In this document: one piece after another, positions 28,191 through 36,916 of the stretch
Layout: each line of letters opens with the position of its first letter
Position numbering within the stretch: the stretch's first letter is position 1
Assembly: GCA_965228695.1 (NCBI GenBank)
Contig: CBDDIB010000002.1
Coordinates: 3,417,089 to 3,481,088, forward strand
From: Alphaproteobacteria bacterium
Lineage (GTDB): Bacteria; Pseudomonadota; Alphaproteobacteria; UBA8366
DNA length: 64,000 nucleotides
Reading direction: 5' to 3'
Notes under the pieces: generated by a model
What the model saw: only the letters and a program-made list of their open reading frames with translations
The model's database searches: none
What the model was told of the DNA's origin: nothing
Position numbers and translations under genes: made by a program

Positions 28191-28895
28191 ATGGCCACGA
28201 AAGAAACAGCAGTGATTGTCGGGAGCGGCCGGGGGCTCAGTGCGTCCTTGGCGCGTCTGTTCGCCCGCGAGGGGATACAGGTATCTTTGGCGGCCCGGGA
28301 CGTGGATAAACTTGCGGATCTGGCCAAGGAAACCGATGCCGCGGTCTATCCCTGCGACGCGAGCCTGCCGGGTGATGTCGAGAAGCTCTTCGCCGGCCTG
28401 GTGGAGAGCAGCGGCGTGCCGGACATCGTGGTCTACAACGCGAGCAACCGCGGCGGCCGCGGCCCGATCGTCGATCTCGATCCCGAGGCCGTGCGGCAAG
28501 CGATCCTAGTGACCTGTTATGGCGGCTTTCTGGTCGGGCAGGTGGCAGCGCGGCTCATGACGGAGCGGGGCCACGGCACCATCCTGTTTACCGGCGCGTC
28601 GGCCAGCTACAAGGGGTATCCGAACTCTTCCTCATTCGCGATGGGCAAGTTCGGCCTGCGCGGGTTGGCGCAGAGCATGGCGCGGGAACTCGCGCCCCAA
28701 AACATCCATGTGGCGCATTTCCCCATAGACGGCGGGATCCGCCAAGGCGACGACGATCCGCGGATCGACGGGCGGCCGGAGGACGGGCTGCTTCATCCGG
28801 ACGCGATCGCCGAAACCTACCTGAATGTGCATCGTCAGCACCGCAGCGCCTGGAGCTGGGAGGTCGAACTCCGGCCCTGGACCGAATCCTTCTAA
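28191..28895 (+). CDS. SDR-family oxidoreductase
   Basis: GSGRGLS cofactor loop and catalytic S...Y(FAMGK)-type pattern. RBS GGAGGG. Confidence 0.9.
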   Translation: MATKETAVIVGSGRGLSASLARLFAREGIQVSLAARDVDKLADLAKETDAAVYPCDASLPGDVEKLFAGLVESSGVPDIVVYNASNRGGRGPIVDLDPEAVRQAILVTCYGGFLVGQVAARLMTERGHGTILFTGASASYKGYPNSSSFAMGKFGLRGLAQSMARELAPQNIHVAHFPIDGGIRQGDDDPRIDGRPEDGLLHPDAIAETYLNVHRQHRSAWSWEVELRPWTESF

Positions 28896-28904
28896 GGCAG
28901 CGGT

Positions 28905-30023
28905 CTAGCCGATACTCGTCATCATACGGCCGGCGAAGTCGTCGATCTTGTTCTGATCGATCCAGCGGGCGACCACCGCAAGGTCCAGCGCCGGATCGAG
29001 CCAGATGATGCTGGTGCCCGCGCCGACCGCGAAGAAGCTGCTTTCCGGCGCATTGGCGTAATAGGACCGGTCCGGGTTGAGCCACCAGAGCAAGCCGTAG
29101 CCGTCGTTGATGTCGCAGGGCTTGTGCAGCGCGTCGACATAGCCGGCGGGCAGGATTTCAGTGCCTTGCCATTGCCCCTTCTGCAGGATCAGTTGTCCGA
29201 CGCGGGCGTGATCCAGCGTGCTGATCCAGAGACCGCCGCCCCAATGCGAGCCGCCCGGCACCGATTGCATCTCGCGGCCATCCACTTCGATGGTGGAATT
29301 GCGGTACCCGTGCCATTCCCAGTCGTTTGAAGCCCCGATCGGGTCCATCACGCGTTCGCGCAGGACATCGGGCAGGGGCCGCCGGAAAAGCTGCATCAAT
29401 GACAGCGAGAAGCGATTGACGCGGACGTCGTTGTATTCCCAATAGGTTCCCGGGGCCTGTAGGTCGCGATGCTGTCCCTTACGCGAGTTGTCTGCCCCGG
29501 CGCCGACCTGCCGGTTGCGGTCGATCAGGTCCGGTTTGGTCCACAATTCGCCTTCCCACTCGCTGGTTTGCGTCAGCATGTGCCGCCACGTGATGGCGCG
29601 ATTCTGCGGCGCGTCATAGCCGTCGTCGAGCGCGTAGCCGCGGATCGGATCGTCCAGATCCTTGATCAGATTGTCCTTGAGCGCAATGCCCGTGAGGATC
29701 GAGAGGTAGCTCTTGGCGATGCTGAAGGTCATGTCGGCACGGGCGACGTCGCCCCAGGCCGCGACGAACTTGCCGCCGCGCACCACGACCCCGTTCGGTC
29801 CGGTGCGGGGCTTGGTCGGCCCCAGGACTTCGTTCCAGGGCGGCGGTTCGATATCTCCGGATGCGGCAAGGCCCTCGCTCAAGTCGTAGGGCCAGGGCGT
29901 TTCCGCCTCTGTCTCCGCATATTGGATCGCGTCCCGCAATTTTTCGGGATCGAATCCGCAATCGGCCGGGTCGGCGCAGGTCATCGGATCGATTGCGCCG
30001 GCGATATCTCTCAAGTCGTCCAT
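28905..30023 (-). CDS. Serine hydrolase (beta-lactamase/transpeptidase-like, class-C-related)
   Basis: 372 aa with the SxxK motif SIAKSYLS and a YxN-like region. Confidence 0.85.
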   Translation of the reverse strand: MDDLRDIAGAIDPMTCADPADCGFDPEKLRDAIQYAETEAETPWPYDLSEGLAASGDIEPPPWNEVLGPTKPRTGPNGVVVRGGKFVAAWGDVARADMTFSIAKSYLSILTGIALKDNLIKDLDDPIRGYALDDGYDAPQNRAITWRHMLTQTSEWEGELWTKPDLIDRNRQVGAGADNSRKGQHRDLQAPGTYWEYNDVRVNRFSLSLMQLFRRPLPDVLRERVMDPIGASNDWEWHGYRNSTIEVDGREMQSVPGGSHWGGGLWISTLDHARVGQLILQKGQWQGTEILPAGYVDALHKPCDINDGYGLLWWLNPDRSYYANAPESSFFAVGAGTSIIWLDPALDLAVVARWIDQNKIDDFAGRMMTSIG

Positions 30024-30108
30024 TTGTCCGCTCTCCCCTTCACCGAATAGTATCCGTTAGGCCGCGATGGCATGCGTCGAAGAATGAACCGAATTGGTGG
30101 AGGGAACA

Positions 30109-30906
30109 ATGGCGACGGAAACGCAATCGGATGCATCAAGCCCGGTTCTCCTGGATTTCGACGACCGCGGCGATGCCGGCCGCATCGCCCGGATCACCTT
30201 CAACAACCCGGAGAAGCGAAATGCGCTCGGCCTCGCGGGCAAGGAGAAGTTCATCGAGGTGATGACCGGCCTTAAGCATGACGAAAGCCTGCGCGCGGTC
30301 GTTCTGACCGGGGCCGGCGACCGGTCCTTCGTTGGCGGGACCAACCTCGCCGAGATGGCGAATTTCGATCTCGACGACGCCGAAGGCTCTTCCACGAAGA
30401 CCCACCGCGTGTGCGATGCGGTGCGCACCTTTCCGGTACCCGTGATCGCTCGGATCAACGGCTATTGCTTCGGCTCGGGGATGGAGATCGCCGCCTGTGC
30501 CGACATGCGGGTCGGTGCGGACCACGCCAAGTTCGGCATGCCCGAAACCCGCTTCGGCATTCCTTCCGGCATGGAGGCGTCGATCCTGCCGCAAATCATC
30601 GGGTGGGGAAAGGCGGTCGAATTGGTGCTGACCGGCGACCATATCGACGCCGACGAGGCGTATCGCATCGGATTCCTGCAACGCCTGGTGCCGACGGCCG
30701 GGCTGGACGAGGCGGTGGAGAGTTGGATCCAATCGTTGCTGGCGTGCGGCCCGCTGGCGGTGCGTATCCAGAAACGCCTGATCATCGATTGGGACCGCAT
30801 GTCGACGACCGATGGCGCCCGTGCGGGCATCCAGGCTTACGTGGACTCGTATCGGACCGACGAACCCAAACGCATGATGACGGCCTTCCTGAACCGGAAG
30901 AAATAA
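30109..30906 (+). CDS. Enoyl-CoA hydratase/isomerase (crotonase) family protein
   Basis: Crotonase pattern (ITFNNPEKRNAL ... GYCFGSGMEIAACADMR ... FGMPE). ATG at 30109, behind GGAGGG. Confidence 0.9.
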   Translation: MATETQSDASSPVLLDFDDRGDAGRIARITFNNPEKRNALGLAGKEKFIEVMTGLKHDESLRAVVLTGAGDRSFVGGTNLAEMANFDLDDAEGSSTKTHRVCDAVRTFPVPVIARINGYCFGSGMEIAACADMRVGADHAKFGMPETRFGIPSGMEASILPQIIGWGKAVELVLTGDHIDADEAYRIGFLQRLVPTAGLDEAVESWIQSLLACGPLAVRIQKRLIIDWDRMSTTDGARAGIQAYVDSYRTDEPKRMMTAFLNRKK

Positions 30907-30925
30907 CGGCGGAAAGAGAGCGAAA

Positions 30926-31951
30926 ATGACCGATATCCAATTCGGCCTGATGATCCGCGGCCAGTTTCCGCAGGACGAGGACATGGGCGCGCGGTTCGAG
31001 GAGATGGCGGAACAGGTTCGTCTGATCGATCGGCTCGGCTTCGCGTCGCTAACGAAGGGGATGCATTATTCGTCGCATCCGCTGCAGGCGTTCAACCAGA
31101 CCGTCTTTCATTCGCGTATGGCGGCGGAATCGCAGAACCTCCGGCTCAATTTCGGGATCATCCTGCTATCCCTGCATAAGCCCTTGGACATCGCCGAACA
31201 GCTCGCCTCGCTCGACGTCATGACGAAGGGGCGGGTGATCTTCGGCGCGGCGCTCGGCTACCGCGAGGTCGAACTCGCGGCCTTCGGTGTCGAGCGGAAA
31301 CAGATTGTCCGGCGCTTCACGGAAAACATCGAAGCGATCAAGCGCCTTTGGACTGAGGACAAGGTGTCCATGAAGGGCACCTATTTTGAACTGCTCGACG
31401 CAAACGTATCGGTCAAACCGGTGCAGAAGCCCCGCCCGCCGATCTGGATCGGCGCCAACGCGGACCCGGCGATCGAGCGGGCGGCCCGCATCGGTGATTG
31501 CTGGTACGTCAATCCGCATAACCGGATGGACACGATCCATAAGCAGATCGACGTTTACAAGCGGGCCCTGGACGAGGCCGGCAAGCCCTTCCCCGAGGAG
31601 TTTCCCGGACGCCGCGAGTGTTTCGTCGCGAGTACGCGCGAAGAGGCTATCCGTTTATGCCGGCCGTATCTCGCCAAGAAATACGAGGTTTATCACGCCT
31701 GGGGTCAGGACAAGGTGATGCCCGAGGGGGACAACGATCTGGGGCTCGACTTCGACGAGTTGATCAAGGACCGCTTTTTCCTGGGCGGGCCGGACGAGGT
31801 CGCGGAACAGATCATCGACTACACGAAACAGACCGGCATCAACCATCATGTCTTGAGCTGCCAGTGGCCCGGGATGCCGCAGAACCTGGTGTTGGACACG
31901 CTGCAACTGTTGGCGGAAGAGGTTTTCCCCCGAGTGCGCCAGGGCGTTTGA
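30926..31951 (+). CDS. LLM-class flavin-dependent oxidoreductase
   Basis: 341 aa with a luciferase-like monooxygenase pattern. Confidence 0.85.
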   Translation: MTDIQFGLMIRGQFPQDEDMGARFEEMAEQVRLIDRLGFASLTKGMHYSSHPLQAFNQTVFHSRMAAESQNLRLNFGIILLSLHKPLDIAEQLASLDVMTKGRVIFGAALGYREVELAAFGVERKQIVRRFTENIEAIKRLWTEDKVSMKGTYFELLDANVSVKPVQKPRPPIWIGANADPAIERAARIGDCWYVNPHNRMDTIHKQIDVYKRALDEAGKPFPEEFPGRRECFVASTREEAIRLCRPYLAKKYEVYHAWGQDKVMPEGDNDLGLDFDELIKDRFFLGGPDEVAEQIIDYTKQTGINHHVLSCQWPGMPQNLVLDTLQLLAEEVFPRVRQGV

Positions 31952-31972
31952 GCCGGCGTCCTCCGGTGTTGC

Positions 31973-33330
31973 CTACTCGGCTGCGTCCGCCGTGGTCTTC
32001 CAGTCGCCAATTCCCGGTTTCGACAGCCCGAGATGGTCGCGCAGCGTATTGCCGGTGTAGTCCTTACGGTAGATGCCGCGTTTCTGCAGTTCCGGGACTA
32101 CGTATTTCACGAAATCCTCGAAGGATCCGGGCTGATGGGTTGGCCCGATGACGAAGCCGTCACAGGCGGGAGCGGTAAACCATTCTTCCATCATGTCGGC
32201 GATTTCCGTCGGACCGCCGATCCATTTCGTGTTGAGCAGGCCGCGCCGCGTGATCCGCATGAAGTCCCGCACGGTCGGGTTTTGGATGCCGGTCGACGTG
32301 ACTCGGTCGCGGAGGGCGTGCATGCCCTGGATACTGGCGATTCCTCTTCGGTGAACGGCTCGTCCAGCCCTTTGGTCGCGAAATCGTAATTGAGGGCCTC
32401 GGAAAGCAGTGAGAGCTGATCGATGTCGGTGGTCAGCTTGTCGTAGGCGGCCTTTTTATCCTCCGCTTCCGACTTCGACTCACCGGTCATGATGTAGGCC
32501 AGGGTCGTGATCTTCATGCGATCCGGATCCCGCCCGAGAGCGGCAGCGGACGCCTTCAGTTCCGCATAGCGCTGCTTTCCGGATTCCACGTCGGGATAGA
32601 CGACGAAGATCAACTCGCCCCAGCGGGCGGCGAACTGCTTGCCGCGGCCGCTCTGCCCCGCCTGAATTACGACCGGATGGCCTTGCGGTGAGCGCGGCAC
32701 CGTGAAAGGGCCACGGGACTTGAGGAACGTGCCCTCGTAGTCGAGCCGGCGAACCTTGTCCGGATGGGCGTAGATGTTATTGGCCTTATCGGCAACGATC
32801 GCATCGTCGTCCCAGCTATCCCAATGACCGAGAACAGCCTCCAGGAATTCGTCGGCGCGATCGTAGCGCGTGTCGTGTTCGATCACGCCTTCACGGCCCA
32901 TATTGCGGGCTTCGTTGTCGTTGACCGAGGTGACGACATTCCAGGCGGCCCGGCCGCGCGTCATCAAATCGACCGTCTGAAACACGCGCGCCACATGAAA
33001 GGGTTCGTAGTAGGTTGTGGAGTAGGTGGCGCCGAAGCCAAGTTTCTCCGTAACCCCCGCCATGGTCATCAGGCAGGCTACCGGATCCATCTTGACGCAG
33101 CGGATGCCGTTTTCGACCGTATGGGCGTGATCGCCGGAATACATGTCGGGCATGGCAAGCCGGTCGTCGAAGAAGCCGATATCGAATTTTCCGGCCTCCA
33201 GGACCCGCGCGATGTGTTGGTAGTAGTCGGGCGAGTAGGTATCGGTCCGTGCCTCGGGGTGCCGCCAGGACGCAGGGAGCGTCGTGCAATTCTGCGCCTG
33301 AAGGAAGGCCACGAGATGAATTTGCCGCAT
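31973..33330 (-). pseudogene. NtaA/SnaA/DszA-family flavin-dependent monooxygenase, interrupted by a frameshift
   Basis: The N-terminal 340-odd residues lie in ORF 32191-33330 and the C-terminal 116 in ORF 31973-32323. The frames join at about 32337-32345: ...EPFTEEE / (I)ASIQGMHALRDRV.... This is consistent with loss of one A in GGAAATC. Confidence 0.8.
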
Positions 33331-33434
33331 GGGAGCCGCCTTTTGCCGATGAAGTTCGGTCTACGGTAATGCAAACCGGCGCGCGCGGTAAAACCGGCCG
33401 GGCGCAGCCGGCGCTGGACGGCGTCGGGAGCGTT

Positions 33435-34643
33435 TTACGGGGCGACCTTGATGACGCGGCAGAACCCGCCCTCGGCCTTGATGCTGGCGCAGAGGGATTT
33501 GGAATCAGACCGGCTCGGCACCGGATCGGCCAGCAAGCGGTACAGCGTGCGCTTCGGGTTATCCAGTTTGACCGGCTGGACCGTGTAATTCGTCAATCCC
33601 TCCAGCGAGGCGTATTTGCGGCCGAAAATCGTCCAAGCACGATCGGCCTTTTCGTGGCTGGAGAAAGAACCGATATGGACGCCGAACCCGCTCTTTTCCG
33701 ATGGTTGCTTCAATTTCGGCGGGTCGAGTTTGGGCGGTGCGATATTGCCCGGTGCGGGCGTCGGTTTTTCGACCATGGGCATGCGAAGCGCAATCGGCGT
33801 GTCGTCACGGCTGGCGACGAGCGTCCGTTGTGACGGCGTCGGGATTTCGGCGTTGGTTTTCGAAGTTTCCGACGGCCGGGTCAGGCCGAGTGGCGGATTG
33901 GCCGCGGCGACCTTTTCCGGTTGAACGCGGGGCAGGGTGTTGCCGTTCTGATCCCATTTCGCGATGGCGGCGTTGGACCAGCCGCCGGGCAGCGATTCAG
34001 AGCCGTTCGAAGTGATGCGCGGCGTGTTTCCCGGCTTGAAGGACAATAGGGTCCGAACGACCTCTTCACCATTCGCATTGGTTTCTGTCGTCGACACGGT
34101 GCTGTTCAAGGCGGGGGCATAATAGGATTCGACTTTCTGGCCGTCGCTGCGCCGGCAATAAACCGGAAAGGCCGCGAAATCCCCGGCCGGGACCGAAACA
34201 TGCCGCGGATGGCCGGTGTAGCAATTCCAAACGAAGAGAGCGTGCCCCCGTTCCCCGCCCACACGGACCGCCGATTTGTAGGTCAACTTGTTGCCGGCCT
34301 TGAGCGGGAACAAACTGCCGGTCCACTCCACGATGCGGCGTTCGCCGGTAGACTGGTCGGCTTTTTGCCATCGGATCGGCGGCAGTAGCGGATCGAACAT
34401 CGTCGTCTGACGGTGGCCGAGCGTGCTTTCCCAGATGATCAATTCATCCTGGATGGAGACGACGGTCCACTTTTCCCGAGGATTATCGAAAATGTACTCG
34501 TCGCCCTTGGCATAGGTGGGCAACTCCGCCGGCGGCAGGTCCGTTTGCAGCGAATCGGTAAAGGGTACCTCGGCATCGCGCTGCAGCGCGCAGCCTGCAA
34601 GCAATGCTGCCAAGCAAATCGGCGACAAAAGCCGACCCCACAT
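33435..34643 (-). CDS. SPOR-domain lipoprotein
   Basis: Lipobox LLAGCA. Pro-rich linker. C-terminal SPOR pattern (GFGVHIGSFSSHEKADRAW ... YRLLADPVPSRSDSKSLCASIKAEGGFCRVI). Confidence 0.8.
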   Translation of the reverse strand: MWGRLLSPICLAALLAGCALQRDAEVPFTDSLQTDLPPAELPTYAKGDEYIFDNPREKWTVVSIQDELIIWESTLGHRQTTMFDPLLPPIRWQKADQSTGERRIVEWTGSLFPLKAGNKLTYKSAVRVGGERGHALFVWNCYTGHPRHVSVPAGDFAAFPVYCRRSDGQKVESYYAPALNSTVSTTETNANGEEVVRTLLSFKPGNTPRITSNGSESLPGGWSNAAIAKWDQNGNTLPRVQPEKVAAANPPLGLTRPSETSKTNAEIPTPSQRTLVASRDDTPIALRMPMVEKPTPAPGNIAPPKLDPPKLKQPSEKSGFGVHIGSFSSHEKADRAWTIFGRKYASLEGLTNYTVQPVKLDNPKRTLYRLLADPVPSRSDSKSLCASIKAEGGFCRVIKVAP

Positions 34644-34866
34644 CGTCCCGACCTCCCACTTTCGTTGCCGATACTATAGAAAATTATTTCACCGGCGTCT
34701 TCTATGAGAATCATAGGCGCGTCGATTGGAGACGCCAATGGTGCAAGGCAAAATTAACATATCGAGCGTAGTCTCAGGACCTTCGCCCAAGGCATTGGTC
34801 TGAGAATATTTTTCTCGGTCGACCCAGTTACCCATAACACCTTGGACGGGAACGGAATCCTTTTCG

Positions 34867-34916
34867 AGTGATCATTATCACTTCGAGTTTACTCATAAAG
34901 TGGTTCATTACCACTT
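34867..34916. promoter_or_regulatory. Two related inverted repeats upstream of small ORF 1
   Basis: AGTGAT-catt-ATCACT (34867-34882) and AAGTGGT-tcatt-ACCACTT (34898-34916). Their centres are about 32 bp apart. Confidence 0.4.
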
Positions 34917-34948
34917 GTTTGAGGGTGGGTTGATTGCATAGAGAAATC

Positions 34949-35146
34949 ATGATCAGCGAGCAGGAAAGTTGGCGCCTGGCCAAGATGCTGATCGAAGAGC
35001 ATGGGGAAAAAGCTCTTCGACATGCCCGCAATAATGCGGAAAAGCTTCTGTTCGGCGATGACATACAAGGCGGCGCCGCCTGGATGCGGGTGGCGCGGGC
35101 AGTGGGAACGCTGCTGGAGAACCAATGGACCGGCAAGGTCCATTGA
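34949..35146 (+). CDS. Small helical hypothetical protein, paralog 1
   Basis: 65 aa from the ATG at 34949 (an alternative TTG is at 34934). MISEQESWRLAKMLIEEHGEKALRHARNNAEKLLFGDDIQGGAAWMRVARAVGTLL...KVH. Confidence 0.55.
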   Translation: MISEQESWRLAKMLIEEHGEKALRHARNNAEKLLFGDDIQGGAAWMRVARAVGTLLENQWTGKVH

Positions 35147-35253
35147 AATCACCGTGACGATACGAATTCCTTCCTAAAACCCTCATATTTCCAAGGCTCT
35201 CTCGGTAATCGTCTCAATCTTTTTGGCGATTCTCGTGATTTTGTGTTCGGACC

Positions 35254-35267
35254 GTGATCGTCATCAC
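35254..35267. promoter_or_regulatory. GTGAT-N4-ATCAC palindrome upstream of small ORF 2
   Basis: GTGATcgtcATCAC lies about 30 bp upstream of the ATG at 35296. It has the same half-sites as 34868-34881. Confidence 0.35.
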
Positions 35268-35295
35268 AGTCCGTAAGGTTAAGATTTGAGAAACT

Positions 35296-35529
35296 ATGTC
35301 TGCGCTTAACACAGCAAGGGGATGGGTAACCGTGTTCGTAAAGCCAGATGTGCATATCATTGCCAGGATGTTGATCCACCAGCATGGCGCTCAGAGCCAT
35401 ACGCTGGCCATCGAGAAAGCCGACGAATTGAGTGCCGAAGGCAACTCCGGCGGCTTCGCCTATTGGACGCGCGTTATCCAGGCTATCGAAGAGGAACTGG
35501 ATACCCCGTTAAGCACGACAATTCATTAG
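35296..35529 (+). CDS. Small helical hypothetical protein, paralog 2
   Basis: 77 aa. ...HIIARMLIHQHGAQSHTLAIEKADELSAEGNSGGFAYWTRVIQAIEEEL...TIH aligns by eye with paralog 1 (A+MLI..HG...A..A..L..G..GG.A.W.RV..A...L). Confidence 0.55.
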   Translation: MSALNTARGWVTVFVKPDVHIIARMLIHQHGAQSHTLAIEKADELSAEGNSGGFAYWTRVIQAIEEELDTPLSTTIH

Positions 35530-35648
35530 GTATTCGCTGGACCGTCCGGTTTCCGGACGGCATTACTCCGCCCGCAAGGGCCTTGCATTGCAGGCATTTG
35601 GGATAAGGCGCTCGTTGCGAGCGCACATCGATAGAAGGACAAGGGAAA

Positions 35649-35680
35649 GCCCCGCCGTAATTGGCGGGGCTTTCTTCCTT
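35649..35680 (+). terminator. Rho-independent terminator after small ORF 2
   Basis: Stem GCCCCGCC/GGCGGGGC with loop GTAATT, followed by TTTCTTCCTT. Confidence 0.7.
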
Positions 35681-36105
35681 AAGTAACCCGTTAAACGGGC
35701 TCTCCCCAATTTACCGGCCTGCGCGAGTGCGGCAAGGCCAGGTCGCTACGCCGCATCCGTGACCGCCGACGGTTCCACCAAAATCCCGCAGCGACGGTCT
35801 ATCACCTGTAATTGCTCGAAAAGATTACTTGCATCCGGCGCGAGGCTCAGTGAGCGACGTCACAAGGCCACAAGTTTATCGGATCACCTATGACGGGGCG
35901 GAGAGGGTTCGTACGGTAAAATTAGGGTATGTGACTGGGAATTTCCAAGTAATAGGAATGATTTATTACAATTAACCATAATACAGTTCGTATTCCTACA
36001 CATAAACCAAAGACATATGTCTTATTAATAAAGTATTAATCCAAAATTTGAGTGACATTTGCGAAGCATTAATACTAGCATTTCAATTGTTAGGGAGTGG
36101 CGCAA

Positions 36106-36786
36106 ATGGGGATACCAATGGATCAAGTGCGTATTTACTTAGTAGGGGGCTCAAACCTCTTCCGGCACGGACTGCGGAGCTACCTCGACGGCGGGGACTT
36201 CGAGATCTTGGGCGAAGCGGACGGGCACACCGAATTCTTGAATGCCAAGGATCGCATGTCGGATCCGGACCTGGTTCTGTACGCCAAGTCCGATGCCGAA
36301 CAAGATCCGGCAGCAGCGATCACCGAGATGCGTGAGCAGATGGGCGACACTCAATTCCTGGTCATGGCGGAAAGTCTGTTGCCGGCGGAATTCAGCGACT
36401 GCCTTGGCGCTGGGATCAGCGGGTACCTGTTGAGCGATATTTCTCGCGATGCATTGCTGCATTCCATCAAGCTGATCATGCTGGGGGAAAAGGTTTTCGC
36501 GACCGAGTTGGCGAAAATCTGGATGAGCGGCGGTCTCGACCGCAAGCTGCAATGCGCAAAGAAGCTGGAACACAGCCTCACCAATCGGGAGAGCGAGATC
36601 CTCAGCTGCCTGTTGGAAGGTGATTCGAACAAGCTCATCGCGCGCCGCCTCGAGATCACGGAATCGACCGTGAAGATTCACATGAAGTCCTTGCTTCGGA
36701 AGATCAACGTTCAGAACCGCACGCAGGCAGCGATCTGGGCGATGGAGTCCGGTTTTAATTCGGATGCAGCTGGTTTGACGAATTGA
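36106..36786 (+). CDS. LuxR/FixJ-type transcriptional regulator with a degenerate (pseudo-)receiver domain
   Basis: C-terminal LuxR HTH (LTNRESEILSCLLEGDSNKLIARRLEITESTVKIHMKSLLRKINVQNRTQAA). The N-terminal REC-like fold lacks the acidic pocket, phospho-Asp, Thr and Lys. ATG at 36106, behind AGGGAG. Confidence 0.85.
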   Translation: MGIPMDQVRIYLVGGSNLFRHGLRSYLDGGDFEILGEADGHTEFLNAKDRMSDPDLVLYAKSDAEQDPAAAITEMREQMGDTQFLVMAESLLPAEFSDCLGAGISGYLLSDISRDALLHSIKLIMLGEKVFATELAKIWMSGGLDRKLQCAKKLEHSLTNRESEILSCLLEGDSNKLIARRLEITESTVKIHMKSLLRKINVQNRTQAAIWAMESGFNSDAAGLTN

Positions 36787-36863
36787 TTTAGACGTTCAAG
36801 GGACACGCCGGTATTACCGTCCCGACCCGCGATAAACGCAAAAGATAGTCGATTTATAAAAGA

Positions 36864-36905
36864 ACGGCCTGGCGTCCCATATGCGACGCCAGGCCGTAAT
36901 TTTTC
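36864..36905. terminator. Bidirectional Rho-independent terminator between the LuxR gene and the ABC permease gene
   Basis: Perfect 13-bp stem ACGGCCTGGCGTC/GACGCCAGGCCGT with an 8-nt loop. T-rich tracts follow on both strands (AATTTTT on plus, TTCTTTTATAAA on minus). Confidence 0.75.
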
Positions 36906-36916
36906 GCGCCGACGCC

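Noticed and set aside
36480-36560. A c-di-GMP binding site of the VpsT type (W[FLM][TS]R) in the LuxR-type pseudo-receiver.
   Set aside because: The sequence is WMSG, so the essential Arg is absent. The positional similarity alone does not support c-di-GMP binding.
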